Below are positions 28,808 to 38,843 of a stretch of 64,000 nt of DNA, piece after piece. Location of the stretch: the sequence record MK514281.1. The stretch is one strand, 5' to 3'. Position 1 is the first letter of the stretch. Every line of letters starts with the position of its first letter. A program made the translations under genes and the position numbers. The notes below the pieces were generated by a model, which made no database searches, was not told the origin of the DNA, and worked only from the letters and a program-made list of their open reading frames with translations.

Positions 28808-31300
28808 ATGCTGATTAAATTTATTGAGCTATACAATTATCAGCGATTGAAGAACAAAGGCATCAATCGCATCACCATGACCTTCAGTGAAGTGGTGCAA
28901 GTTATTCTGGGTAAGAACGGCAGTGGTAAGTCATCGCTGATTCGCGAGCTCTCACCACTGCCACCTGCGAATGACGAGTATGATAAAGACGGTTACAAAC
29001 ATATCGTCATCGAACATAAAGGCGCAGAGTATGAGTTGTACTCCCAGCCTGGCTCGCCGTCACGCCATACCTTTAAGCGTAATGGCGAAGACCTGAACGA
29101 AAGCATGACCATGAATGCGCAGAAGATCTTGGTGAAAGAACACTTTGGGTATACTGCCGAAATCCATGAAGTCTTGCTGGGGATGGTGAATGGGGTTTCC
29201 TTTACTTCCATGACGCCACAAAAACGCCGTGAGTGGTTCACCTTACTCCACCCAACTGACCTGTCGTATGTCATTGAACTACATCAGGTGTTAAAGGTGA
29301 TGTTGCGTGATGCCAAAGGCGGAATCAAAACCAGTAACCAGCACTTGACAGACCTGTATGGCCAGCGTCAGGAAGGGGTCACGGTTGAAGCACAGCAAAG
29401 TCAACTGGACGATATCCAACACCGACGTGATCGCATTGCACGGTTTATCTCGGATGAGTTAGCCGGGAAGAACTTCAAGCAAGAGCTCGATAACGACATG
29501 TACCGGTTGAAAGATATCGGTGAGCGTTTCCAAGCCAACCCGCCATTACTGTCACGCAACTACCGGTCACGGGAAGATATCTTAACCGAGCTGGAGAACT
29601 GCCGGGCTGAACTGGGTAAGCTGGAGTATGCCCACAAGACCCACAGCAACGAACTGGCTGAGCTTTCAAAGAACGAGATCTTTACCAGCGGTGATGCTGA
29701 GAAAGACAAAGCAGAACTGGAAGCCTCTAAGCTTGCCATTGCTGAGCATCTTGAACAAAGCCGTGCGGCCCATGCGGATGCGATGAACCGTTTAGGGGAT
29801 AACCCTTTATGGCAAAAAATGTACAGTATGCCGTTTGAGCAGGTACGGGTGGTGTTATCACAGGTGGAGAACTTGATCGATCACCTGTTGCGTATGGTAC
29901 CGATGGATGAGCGCAAGAACACCTTGATGTTCTATGACCGTGCCCGCCGCAGTCAGTATGACCTGCAGGTGATGATTGAAGGGTTAGAGCAAGAAGACAA
30001 GAAGTACAGTCATCAGCTCTCCCATTTCAATTCCGCCGATAAGACCGAGTGTCCGTCGTGTCACCATCGCTGGGTGCCGGGAGTATCTGAGCGGCAGATG
30101 GAAGAAGTCAAGCAGAAGCACAATGCGGTGAACGTGGAACTCACCACAGCCCGGGAGCGACTGGGTCGGTGTAATGCCTACCTTGAAGCCAATGAGACCT
30201 GGTATCAGGCTGCCAGTGCCTATATCCGCTATACCGAAACCATGCCAGAGTGTCGGGATGTGTTTGAGTGGATGCTGGCGAATGATGTCCTCTATATGGC
30301 TAACCGGGAATTCGCAGCGATTCTGCCGACCATCAAGCACGGTATCTTAAGTCGTGAAGCGTTGGCGAACGATGAGCAGCGTCTGGTGCAGATTGACAAT
30401 AAGCTGAAGCTCTTTACCAACGATGCCATTGAGTGGCATACCCGCCGTTACAACGAGCATGAGACGGCTTTAAGTCAGGTGATCAGCCAGACCCAAGCGA
30501 TCAATCACACCATGGCGGTGCTAAAGAAAGATCTGCGTCTGGTTGATGACAGTCTGATGATGGCCGAAGTCGCACGGGTCTCAATGGAAGGGGTACGGGT
30601 CAATACCGGTAACCTGGCTAAGCAGGCGATTGCCAATACGGCCAATGACGAATACCGGATGTTGGGGGATCAGCACAAATCCATCACTGCAGGGCTCTAT
30701 AACGCCCGCTCACTGGAGTCAACCATTCTCAGCACTGAATCCCATGTGCAGTCAATGAAAGCCTCTAAGGACGCGCTGGAGCTCTTGGTGAAGGCCACTT
30801 CACCAACCGAAGGCATTCCGGCTGAACAGTTGTCTGAGTTCATTGAAACCTTTGTCGGTAACATGAACGCGATCATCTCCGATATTTGGGGTGATAATCT
30901 GCAGATCAAACCGTGTAACATGGAAAACGGCGATCTCTCCTTTAAGTTCCCGTTAATCTCAGGTGACTTTGAAGGTGGAGCGAAAGATGTCTCTGACTCC
31001 TCAACCGGGGAAGCACAGATCATCAACTACGTCTTCCGGTTAGTGGTGATGCAGTACCTCGGCTTTGAGCAGTATCCGTTGGTCATGGATGAAGCGGGCG
31101 CGAACTTCGATGAAGCACACCGTCCGGCATTAATGAACTACATCAAACGCGCCTCAGAGTCTGGGGTCTATTCGCAGATCTTTTTGATCTCTCACTATAT
31201 CGCACAGCACGGTGTATTAACCCATGCAGAAGTCTGCGCTTTGTCGAACGACGGCGTCGCACTGCCTGAGACATACAACGACCATGTTGTTATCGAGTAA
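28808..31300 (+). CDS. sbcC: SbcC/Rad50-like SMC ATPase
   Basis: Walker A GKNGSGKS, long coiled coil with zinc hook CPSC, signature-like SSTGE, Walker B LVMDE; no SbcD partner in the window. Confidence 0.85.
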   Translation: MLIKFIELYNYQRLKNKGINRITMTFSEVVQVILGKNGSGKSSLIRELSPLPPANDEYDKDGYKHIVIEHKGAEYELYSQPGSPSRHTFKRNGEDLNESMTMNAQKILVKEHFGYTAEIHEVLLGMVNGVSFTSMTPQKRREWFTLLHPTDLSYVIELHQVLKVMLRDAKGGIKTSNQHLTDLYGQRQEGVTVEAQQSQLDDIQHRRDRIARFISDELAGKNFKQELDNDMYRLKDIGERFQANPPLLSRNYRSREDILTELENCRAELGKLEYAHKTHSNELAELSKNEIFTSGDAEKDKAELEASKLAIAEHLEQSRAAHADAMNRLGDNPLWQKMYSMPFEQVRVVLSQVENLIDHLLRMVPMDERKNTLMFYDRARRSQYDLQVMIEGLEQEDKKYSHQLSHFNSADKTECPSCHHRWVPGVSERQMEEVKQKHNAVNVELTTARERLGRCNAYLEANETWYQAASAYIRYTETMPECRDVFEWMLANDVLYMANREFAAILPTIKHGILSREALANDEQRLVQIDNKLKLFTNDAIEWHTRRYNEHETALSQVISQTQAINHTMAVLKKDLRLVDDSLMMAEVARVSMEGVRVNTGNLAKQAIANTANDEYRMLGDQHKSITAGLYNARSLESTILSTESHVQSMKASKDALELLVKATSPTEGIPAEQLSEFIETFVGNMNAIISDIWGDNLQIKPCNMENGDLSFKFPLISGDFEGGAKDVSDSSTGEAQIINYVFRLVVMQYLGFEQYPLVMDEAGANFDEAHRPALMNYIKRASESGVYSQIFLISHYIAQHGVLTHAEVCALSNDGVALPETYNDHVVIE

Positions 31301-31320
31301 CTAGGCTTAAGGAGTCTATT

Positions 31321-32721
31321 GTGTCGGCTATTCCTGCTAATCTGTATTACGGTCCTGAGGTTCCGGTCGACGCATTGCCTGGTGCAGTGTTTAACGACGG
31401 CACATGTTTGTATCGCGGAGGTGAACACGGTTGGTTGTATATGTGTCATCTCCACACCGTTTTAAACACCCTCGATTCACCTTTGGCGGCGTATGCTGCT
31501 GAACCGAACAACGGCACGATCGCTGAGCTTAATGAACCGTTCGCGGTTTACCATCAAGGTAACTGGTTGGAGTTGGACAAAGACGCTGCACCAGACTTGA
31601 ATGCGACCGTGGTCTTCAAAGATGAAGATGTGCGCGCAATCGCCGCCGACACCGATAGAACCTGTTTAGTGTTTATGGACGGCAGCAACGACGCACAGGT
31701 GGCTTTCAAGGTAACACTGTTCCTTTGCCACAAAGGCGAAGTGGTGGGGCTTGGTGACTACGACTACGTTAGCGCCGATAATCTACCGCTGCTGCAGAGA
31801 ATGATGTTCGGTAACCGGGGAGGGGGTATGGTTGAATACATGGAACTAGACATCACATCACGGTTTATCGTGAACAAAGGGCATTTACCGGAAGTGGGCG
31901 ATACCTGGATCGATAACGAGTTCAACGAATACGTGTACAGTCCGACACGGCTGTGGGATCGTATTGGTAAGCTTGCCTTTGTGTATAAAGGCAGTCTGGC
32001 TTCCGGTATCGATGCCTTGCGTCACCCCGGCCCGCATAACACCGGCGACACGTACTTGGTTGACAATTTTGCGTATGTCTATAACAAAATCGTGAACCGC
32101 TTTGTGGTGTTGCAAGTTGATCCGGGTAACGATAACACACCGTTTGATCTCTATCCTGATGGTGCACTCGAACCCATTCCAATGCAGGGGATCTATCGCC
32201 GCAGTACTGACGCCTTACCCAGCGAACCCAATGGCTGTGGGTATGTCGTGATTGAGCAGGATGGCAGTCATGTCATCTACAATCAGTACGGGCTGCGTAT
32301 TGACTGCGATGTGGTGGAAACCACCGAGCGCACCGAGTCCCGTACGCCGATGGTGGTGATCGGTGATAACGCGTTGCTGAGGCTTTATTACGAAGCCAAC
32401 GACATGGACCCTTGTGAAGGGGATGTCTGGGTGAATGATAAACAGCTCATGACCTTCTTTGCTGGCGAATGGACGTTATTGCCCGTGGGTCGCCTCTACA
32501 CTGAACGACACCAACCCCTGCGTGATAAAGTTCAGGCATTGCGTGAACTGATTGACAGTGGTCGGTTCAAAAGTGTGATCGACAAAGCCCGAGAGCAGGA
32601 GTTTGAACGCGAGCTGGCCGAATACGACGCTGTCCGCAAACAACCCCCGCTAGAACAAGAACCCAAAGACACTTATTTCTTTGCGCCGATCAAAGCCTTC
32701 TTTAAGCGTTTGATACAGTAA
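31321..32721 (+). CDS. Hypothetical protein with GD(T/V)(W/Y) repeats
   Basis: GTG start with AAGGAG RBS; 466 aa. Confidence 0.7.
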   Translation: MSAIPANLYYGPEVPVDALPGAVFNDGTCLYRGGEHGWLYMCHLHTVLNTLDSPLAAYAAEPNNGTIAELNEPFAVYHQGNWLELDKDAAPDLNATVVFKDEDVRAIAADTDRTCLVFMDGSNDAQVAFKVTLFLCHKGEVVGLGDYDYVSADNLPLLQRMMFGNRGGGMVEYMELDITSRFIVNKGHLPEVGDTWIDNEFNEYVYSPTRLWDRIGKLAFVYKGSLASGIDALRHPGPHNTGDTYLVDNFAYVYNKIVNRFVVLQVDPGNDNTPFDLYPDGALEPIPMQGIYRRSTDALPSEPNGCGYVVIEQDGSHVIYNQYGLRIDCDVVETTERTESRTPMVVIGDNALLRLYYEANDMDPCEGDVWVNDKQLMTFFAGEWTLLPVGRLYTERHQPLRDKVQALRELIDSGRFKSVIDKAREQEFERELAEYDAVRKQPPLEQEPKDTYFFAPIKAFFKRLIQ

Positions 32722-32741
32722 AGATCGTAGATCATTTTATT

Positions 32742-32751
32742 CCTACATTAC
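32742..32751 (+). promoter_or_regulatory. Candidate early (virion RNAP) promoter motif CCTACATTAC
   Basis: Intergenic; exact copy at 40042, variant at 58738; resembles the phiKZ early promoter core TATATTAC. Confidence 0.45.
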
Positions 32752-32778
32752 CAGATTGGTATAGTCATCGAGGTCATC

Positions 32779-33123
32779 ATGTTAGTGATACTACCCCTCG
32801 GTAATTTGGCCGCACGGATTGACCGTGCGCTTCAGGTTACTGATTACGTGTTCTCTGCTGAAGAGATTGCTGAAGCTGCGGTTCATTACATCAACGGAGA
32901 TGTGGACTGTGCGCTGGATCAACTCTTTCGCAAGATCAACGCTTTAGATGAGACCTTTGTTGACTTGCCGTATAACACCCCTTCTGACCAAGTACTGAAA
33001 AAAGTGATTGGTCAGGTAGGGCGTGAAATCAATACCAATCTATTTAACCTCTATCACGACGTCTGTATCCCGCACTTTGTGAGCGCAGGAGAACATCAAG
33101 TCGTGTTAACTGTCGATATGTAG
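32779..33123 (+). CDS. Hypothetical protein
   Basis: GAGG RBS, 114 aa. Confidence 0.65.
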   Translation: MLVILPLGNLAARIDRALQVTDYVFSAEEIAEAAVHYINGDVDCALDQLFRKINALDETFVDLPYNTPSDQVLKKVIGQVGREINTNLFNLYHDVCIPHFVSAGEHQVVLTVDM

Positions 33124-33132
33124 GAGTTACTC

Positions 33133-33621
33133 ATGAGCAGTATTCATCGCGTCTTTTCCACGGACTTACAAACTATCAAAGACACTCCGACACCGGAGCT
33201 CGAAGATAGTGTTACTGTCGCCCGGAGGATTGCCATGCAGCAACAGCATCAAACGAGTTTCCTGATACTTTTCAAAGAGCGTGCACGTCAATGCACCGAT
33301 GGCTTTGATAAGTGGCGGATGGATAAAACCAACAACCCTCTGTTTGAACAGACGGCACGTCAGCGCTTAGCAGGCATCGCCATCAACATCTACCAGGAAG
33401 TCACCGGTGAAGTGGTCAGTAGTGACACCAGGTACCAGTTGATTAAATGGGCGGAAGACAACAAAGTGATCATCATCAACCATGTGGTCGGCATGCAGCT
33501 GTGGCACCGCATGGTAAACAACACCCCGGCTGAAACCCAGCTCCAGGTGTTCAGTGGTGGTCGGCAAGCCCTGATGTTCTCTTTCAAAATCCCCGGGGCG
33601 AAGCATCCTTATCTTATATAA
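33133..33621 (+). CDS. Hypothetical protein
   Basis: AGGAG RBS, 162 aa. Confidence 0.65.
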   Translation: MSSIHRVFSTDLQTIKDTPTPELEDSVTVARRIAMQQQHQTSFLILFKERARQCTDGFDKWRMDKTNNPLFEQTARQRLAGIAINIYQEVTGEVVSSDTRYQLIKWAEDNKVIIINHVVGMQLWHRMVNNTPAETQLQVFSGGRQALMFSFKIPGAKHPYLI

Positions 33622-33627
33622 GGTGTC

Positions 33628-33960
33628 GTGATGAAGCTGCAATATCATGCTATCATCCCTATCCCCTCTATGCCGGCTATTTGTCAGCAGTACGGTATTT
33701 CGCATGAAGGGCTTGTGCGAATGGTATTGGAATACCTGGAGGGGAATGAGTATCAGATGATGAGACGCATCCAAGAACTACCTGCTGTGACTGACCCTGA
33801 CATGACTGAAGCGGTTGTAGCCGCTGTTTCACGTGCCATGTTGGAGTTCCTGGATTCGTTACCTGAGGTTAGTATAGGTCAACATATTCGGGATATCTAT
33901 TTGATAGCAGCCCATTCATTAACCGCCCATGTCGGATTCGCTGTGTGCGATGACGAGTAG
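33628..33960 (+). CDS. Hypothetical protein
   Basis: 110 aa in a tightly packed run. Confidence 0.6.
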   Translation: MMKLQYHAIIPIPSMPAICQQYGISHEGLVRMVLEYLEGNEYQMMRRIQELPAVTDPDMTEAVVAAVSRAMLEFLDSLPEVSIGQHIRDIYLIAAHSLTAHVGFAVCDDE

Positions 33961-33966
33961 ATTCCC

Positions 33967-34377
33967 ATGACCCTTTATAAAGAACATGTGGTGTTGTGTA
34001 TTGTCCAATCTGATGCAGCCACCGAAGCCTGGGCCGAGCTATCGCAGCTAGTTTTCGATAACCCGACTTTGATGTTTGATCAGGAAGACTTTACCCGCCT
34101 CCTTAATTTAGCGTTGGCCGATGACCGGGATGAGATGATCAAATACATCCGCACCGCACTCACGATCGACCTAAATATTGAGCTCATTAATTGGCTCACA
34201 GACAGCATGCTTGACATCGCTTATGCTCTTCGCAAATCGTTACCGGTGTTAACACCCACACAACCCGGAGTTGTGGCCAAGTGTGAGTACCTGTCCCATT
34301 GCAGGCGCAACGTCGTACTAAAAGCTACCATCCTCGAACCTTTACCTAAGGAGCATTTGACAGTTATTCACTTCTGA
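33967..34377 (+). CDS. Hypothetical protein
   Basis: 136 aa in a tightly packed run. Confidence 0.6.
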   Translation: MTLYKEHVVLCIVQSDAATEAWAELSQLVFDNPTLMFDQEDFTRLLNLALADDRDEMIKYIRTALTIDLNIELINWLTDSMLDIAYALRKSLPVLTPTQPGVVAKCEYLSHCRRNVVLKATILEPLPKEHLTVIHF

Positions 34378-34451
34378 CTTTGGGAGAAGTGACCAAGGCC
34401 GTGGGGGTATAAGCCTCCACTTAAAGAACCACGACTTCGGTAAAAACCAAA

Positions 34452-35219
34452 ATGAAAACGATCAACGCGATCCTTCACACCCTCGTGCTGTTTGCACTTG
34501 TCTTCGTTGCACAATCCTCACTGGTCCACGCCTCGACATCAACTGGAAAAGCTGCCGTCCAGTTTAATCAAGCAGGGTGGGATAAATACAAATCCACATT
34601 AACCCGAGCCTCGTTAGCATCCGGTGTACCGGTCACTGAGCTCGTGATCTTTACCTCTATTGAGTCTGACTTCAAAGCCAAGGCCCGCAACACGGCCGGG
34701 AGCAATGCAGGCGGACTGACCCAATTCATTCCAAGTACTTGGCGATCGATGGTGCTAACCCACCACAAAAAGTACGGGTTAAGTAAAAACGTGTCTCGTT
34801 TTAATGCCTATGCCAACGCGGCTATGACCGCAGAGTATATTAAGCAGAACAGGAGCCTTCTACAACAGGCACTAAAACGGGAGATCACCACTGCCGATGT
34901 CTATATGGCTCACTTCCTTGGTCCGGGTACTGCAATTCAAGTCCTGAAGGCCAAAGGCAACCGCTCGATCACATCTGTTGTAAAGGCGACAAAAGGAAAT
35001 GCCCGCTTGTTTTACAACAAAGGTCGACCATTAACGGTTGCGCAGTTTAAAGCCAATATGGCCCGCAAAGTGGCTAACCACCGCCAGGTCTATAAACCCG
35101 TTGCCGTAAAGTACGCTGTACGCTACGAGGAGAACCAACGTCTCGATGCGCTTATCGCCAAAGTCAATGATAAGCCAGTCCGCGTCGGGTTTAGCACCGC
35201 ATACGTCAGGGAAATGTAA
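34452..35219 (+). CDS. Lytic transglycosylase (SLT/GH23, phiKZ gp144 catalytic-domain-like) with an N-terminal signal peptide; candidate endolysin
   Basis: Catalytic SIESDF, GGLTQFIPSTW, DVYMAHFLGPG; N-terminus MKTINAILHTLVLFALVFVAQSSLVHA. Confidence 0.8.
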   Translation: MKTINAILHTLVLFALVFVAQSSLVHASTSTGKAAVQFNQAGWDKYKSTLTRASLASGVPVTELVIFTSIESDFKAKARNTAGSNAGGLTQFIPSTWRSMVLTHHKKYGLSKNVSRFNAYANAAMTAEYIKQNRSLLQQALKREITTADVYMAHFLGPGTAIQVLKAKGNRSITSVVKATKGNARLFYNKGRPLTVAQFKANMARKVANHRQVYKPVAVKYAVRYEENQRLDALIAKVNDKPVRVGFSTAYVREM

Positions 35220-35250
35220 AAGTTAACATACCTGCACGATAATATACATT

Positions 35251-35282
35251 GGGAGGGGCGCAGGTCTCTCCCTTTTATGCCG
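35251..35282 (+). terminator. GC hairpin + TATGCC element
   Basis: GGGAGGGGC-GCAG-GTCTCTCCC-TTTTATGCCG. Confidence 0.75.
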
Positions 35283-35314
35283 TTTGAATTTATTAACCCC
35301 CAAGGAGGTTGTGT

Positions 35315-35728
35315 ATGCCTGCGTTATTGCGTGCTGCCAACACCAGTTGTAACACCATCGGTCATGAGTATCACTCCCCGTTAAACGAACAGGTCATTAT
35401 GATCAGCGATAACCAAATGAAAATGTTAATAGCCATGCCTGCGAGCAAACTGAATCTATTAACACGTAATCCGGTCTACGCTGACAATGGCATTGAATCT
35501 GTGTTCGTCCATCCCTTGTTTATTGAGATAGCTGGCCTGATCCAGTTAAGTGCCTATGCCAAAGACCCCGCATGGCAGCAGCATGACCTCAGTAGCATGA
35601 TGGTCTACCTTGGGATGGTTGGGCGTAACAATGTTCGTCTGGTTGAAGTAAATGCCCACCTGGCCAGTTGCGGTATGCTCACGTTGCGCCGTAGTGCCCT
35701 TGAGTTTGCCAAACCCGTTATGTCTTAA
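35315..35728 (+). CDS. Hypothetical protein
   Basis: AAGGAGG RBS before ATG 35315. Confidence 0.6.
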   Translation: MPALLRAANTSCNTIGHEYHSPLNEQVIMISDNQMKMLIAMPASKLNLLTRNPVYADNGIESVFVHPLFIEIAGLIQLSAYAKDPAWQQHDLSSMMVYLGMVGRNNVRLVEVNAHLASCGMLTLRRSALEFAKPVMS

Positions 35729-35773
35729 TGGACAAACACTTACTATTATCTGTTAATTAATCTGGAGTGCCTT

Positions 35774-36220
35774 ATGATTCAACCTATTAACGTTCCCGGG
35801 ATGGTGATCAACCCCGAAGTCTCCCGTGAAGTGATCTTAATGACCAGTGAACAGCTGGACCGTTTCTCGATTGCTGCCTTCGACATGCTGGCGCTGGGTA
35901 ATACCGTGTTCAGTGGTGAGTTTGGCAGTTATGTTACGCCGTCGCGTGACGAGTTCATGCAGGCTTACCTGCGTCCATTGCAAGCCCCTGACTCGGTACG
36001 GCGTTACAATGAGATCGATCAAACCCAAGTGGCCTGTCTGGTCGATTCAATTACCCGTAACGAAAAAGGTGATCTGATTGGGCGGGTGATCCCACATGGT
36101 CCGAATGGCCCGAAACTTGAGAAGCTGTTTAAAGAAAAGAAACAGAAGTTCAAAGTCTTTCCACGACTCAAGTGGGAAAATGGCTGGAAGTTCGTGGCGT
36201 TTGATGTGGGGTATAAGTAA
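35774..36220 (+). CDS. T4 gp21/peptidase S80-like fold protein, probably inactive
   Basis: GEFG...RYNEIDQTQVAC...GRVIPHGPNGPKL pattern; the His expected after GExG is absent. Confidence 0.45.
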   Translation: MIQPINVPGMVINPEVSREVILMTSEQLDRFSIAAFDMLALGNTVFSGEFGSYVTPSRDEFMQAYLRPLQAPDSVRRYNEIDQTQVACLVDSITRNEKGDLIGRVIPHGPNGPKLEKLFKEKKQKFKVFPRLKWENGWKFVAFDVGYK

Positions 36221-36541
36221 ATGGTACGCGCCGATACAACCATCGCAACAAAAGGAAAGGTTGTGCGCTTGAGTGTCACCGGCTACGGGGTGATGAGCAT
36301 GGATGGGGTTATGGTGGATGACCCTAAGCAGCGCGTGAACATGCGCACTGCGCACCCCAGCCAAAGTTGTTACCCACTACCGGGTGAAAAGAAATGGTAC
36401 GAAGTTAAACGGGTAGAACAGACAGCCAATGGTTGGTGTTATCCGGTGGTCGGGTTATTTAAGTATCCCGGTGATGCCACAAACTTTATTCAATCCCTTA
36501 TTCAGAAATACAAACTCGATCAGGAAAAACCTCATGAGTGA
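36221..36541 (+). CDS. Hypothetical protein
   Basis: 106 aa, abuts both neighbours. Confidence 0.55.
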   Translation: MVRADTTIATKGKVVRLSVTGYGVMSMDGVMVDDPKQRVNMRTAHPSQSCYPLPGEKKWYEVKRVEQTANGWCYPVVGLFKYPGDATNFIQSLIQKYKLDQEKPHE

Positions 36542-37013
36542 AATTACCGTAAAAGTTGTTGGTCCAATTCAAGCGGGTAAAACTGCGATCGCCTCTTTAT
36601 TGGACAATGCCCTGCGTGCCAATGGTATCACAGCAAAGATCCAGTCTGACTCGGCGTTGTCTTATCTGCGTGAAGCCAAGAACCACGTCCCAACCAATGT
36701 CAGCGTGACGATCATTGACGGCACCACCGACGGTGTGCGTGAATTTGGCAACAGTGATGATGTCATTCCAATCCGCGGTCGCATCATGGGTATCGAAGTC
36801 CAACCGGTCAAATACACCCCCGCTGAAGCGACAGTGGTTGCACTGGCCGATGCTAACGCCTTTGCCGTGTATCGCCGTGAATGGCTGAACAATGCGTCGC
36901 TGGCCGTCTGGGTGGGTGACTTCCATGTTGAAAGCGATGCCATTGACTGCGCCAATACTCTGGCCGAGAAATACGGCACCGCCGCTGACTTCCTTTATAA
37001 GGCAGGTTTGTAA
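36534..37013 (+). CDS. Small protein with P-loop-like N-terminus
   Basis: MSEITVKVVGPIQAGKTAIA; ATG 36534 overlaps the upstream stop. Confidence 0.6.
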   Translation: MSEITVKVVGPIQAGKTAIASLLDNALRANGITAKIQSDSALSYLREAKNHVPTNVSVTIIDGTTDGVREFGNSDDVIPIRGRIMGIEVQPVKYTPAEATVVALADANAFAVYRREWLNNASLAVWVGDFHVESDAIDCANTLAEKYGTAADFLYKAGL

Positions 37014-37015
37014 CC

Positions 37016-37285
37016 ATGCATCAGTTTACTCCTGAGATGAAAGAAACGTTAAACGAACTCGAGCGTGAGTTAGCCCACATTCGTTTAACGCAACCGAACC
37101 GGATTAACACACTGATCAAAACCAAGTGTTTTAGCCTGGCCCGGAAAACAAAGTCACCGCACGTCAAACGGGTTCTGCAGTCAATTACCGCTACCTCGTT
37201 GTCGGTTGTAAAGTTAGAAGAAGTTCTGAAGCTTTACCATGAAGTGGATAGTGGTGAAGTGGAACTCTCTATTCAGCAGGTTTGA
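37016..37285 (+). CDS. Hypothetical protein
   Basis: 89 aa in an operon-like run. Confidence 0.55.
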   Translation: MHQFTPEMKETLNELERELAHIRLTQPNRINTLIKTKCFSLARKTKSPHVKRVLQSITATSLSVVKLEEVLKLYHEVDSGEVELSIQQV

Positions 37286-37758
37286 GGGGGGTAGAATGGC
37301 GGTGGCTTTCGATTCTTAATGAGTCGGACTTCAACGCAATGACCTTCCTCGCGGTGAAACAATACCACGCTCAGTCTATCTACTGGAAACGACTGGGTGT
37401 GGATTGGAACACCCCTAAGCCTGAGACTGTCCACAAGTTTATGGCGACCTATGTGAAGAATGCCCCGATCAAACTGATGATCCGTAACGCGGATGCGGTG
37501 ATGATTGGGTTTGCGCTACTCAGTACCGAACGCACGGATAAAGGACTTGTCTGTCACATCGACGAGGTGTTTATCGACGAACCTTATCGTAATAAGGGCA
37601 TTGGTAAGAAAACGCTTATTAGGATTAAACGGCACGCCGAAAAACAGAAGATCGCTGCATTGACCTTGAACGTCAGTGCTGCCAATCCCGTTCGCGCACT
37701 TTATGAACGTATGGGGTTTGAGCCAGTGCAGGTGAAATACCAGATGCGGCTGGGTTGA
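37282..37758 (+). CDS. GNAT family N-acetyltransferase
   Basis: HIDEVFIDEPYRNKGIGKK (motif A), LTLNVSAANPVRALYERMGF (motif B); exact start uncertain. Confidence 0.85.
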   Translation: MRGVEWRWLSILNESDFNAMTFLAVKQYHAQSIYWKRLGVDWNTPKPETVHKFMATYVKNAPIKLMIRNADAVMIGFALLSTERTDKGLVCHIDEVFIDEPYRNKGIGKKTLIRIKRHAEKQKIAALTLNVSAANPVRALYERMGFEPVQVKYQMRLG

Positions 37759-37776
37759 CCTAGTGAGGAGTTTGTC

Positions 37777-38331
37777 GTGTCTATCTATCGCATTGAAATC
37801 CACCCGAACGCCACCAGTGGTCTTACGGTACTTGTCAGCACGGCTGAAGGTATACGGCGGCTGGCATTAGTGGAAGGGTGTTCGGAACAGGGAGCGTTTG
37901 TAGTTATAAGGGATAAGGTTATACGGTTCTATCATTGGGATGTACGACGGGAAGAAGACCGGGCGTTGTTCAATGCAGACGGTCTGGCACGGAACACACT
38001 GGTTGGGATCGAAGCCTTGTTGTGCAAGAACAAAGATTGGGGGTTTGGTGGGACACGTTTCCTGGCCTTTATGACAGGTGGCTTAAAACACCGCTGGAAC
38101 GAGTACAGCAACACGCGGGGGTTTATCCGAGCAGAACATCATCATTTGGTGCACACTCGCGTAGATCGCCGTGAGGAGCGTGTATTCGTGACATTAGGGG
38201 ATTGGGCGCAACACGCACCGTGGAACTTACGCCTGGACCGTAAAACCCCCTATTCAACGAAATTCAGAGAGGTGGTTGAACGCCTCGTCCGTCAGGAGTT
38301 CGACTTACCGGCGGTCTTTGACATTAATTAA
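37777..38331 (+). CDS. Hypothetical protein
   Basis: GTG start with GAGGAG RBS. Confidence 0.6.
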   Translation: MSIYRIEIHPNATSGLTVLVSTAEGIRRLALVEGCSEQGAFVVIRDKVIRFYHWDVRREEDRALFNADGLARNTLVGIEALLCKNKDWGFGGTRFLAFMTGGLKHRWNEYSNTRGFIRAEHHHLVHTRVDRREERVFVTLGDWAQHAPWNLRLDRKTPYSTKFREVVERLVRQEFDLPAVFDIN

Positions 38332-38345
38332 CCTAAGGTGCTTTC

Positions 38346-38843
38346 ATGGACATTCAACAGTACCAACCCTCTGCACAGATCCTGCATCTCGCTAATCTGT
38401 TCTGCGACTACTTCAACCAATCGCCGAATTATTATAACTTGGATTTGGGTAACCGGATCTTTGTCGAGACCAGCATCTATCCCATCACCGGGGTTGTTGA
38501 TATAACACCACAGCGGATCGAACGCCTGCAAGCGTCGCACATGACAGGTCAGCTGGCCGCTGTGGTCGATGAGCTGTTAAAACTATTTCCTAACATGCGC
38601 TATGTATCAGATGAGTGTGATGGGTTGTTGTCTTTACTGTGTAACGGACGGGCAATTGAGATGACAACTGTCAAGGGTCTCTGTCGGGGCATTGTCACCT
38701 TACGGGGTCTGGTCTGGTTAGATCGCTTTGATCACGACTACCTTAATCCTGATGCGGCGCATTATGAAGAGATGGCCAGGTTGATCAATATCCATCTGGG
38801 GATGATTAAATTCCAAGGCACCATCCTAAAAAGATTTCTTTAA
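38346..38843 (+). CDS. Hypothetical protein
   Basis: 165 aa, AAGGT RBS. Confidence 0.6.
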   Translation: MDIQQYQPSAQILHLANLFCDYFNQSPNYYNLDLGNRIFVETSIYPITGVVDITPQRIERLQASHMTGQLAAVVDELLKLFPNMRYVSDECDGLLSLLCNGRAIEMTTVKGLCRGIVTLRGLVWLDRFDHDYLNPDAAHYEEMARLINIHLGMIKFQGTILKRFL

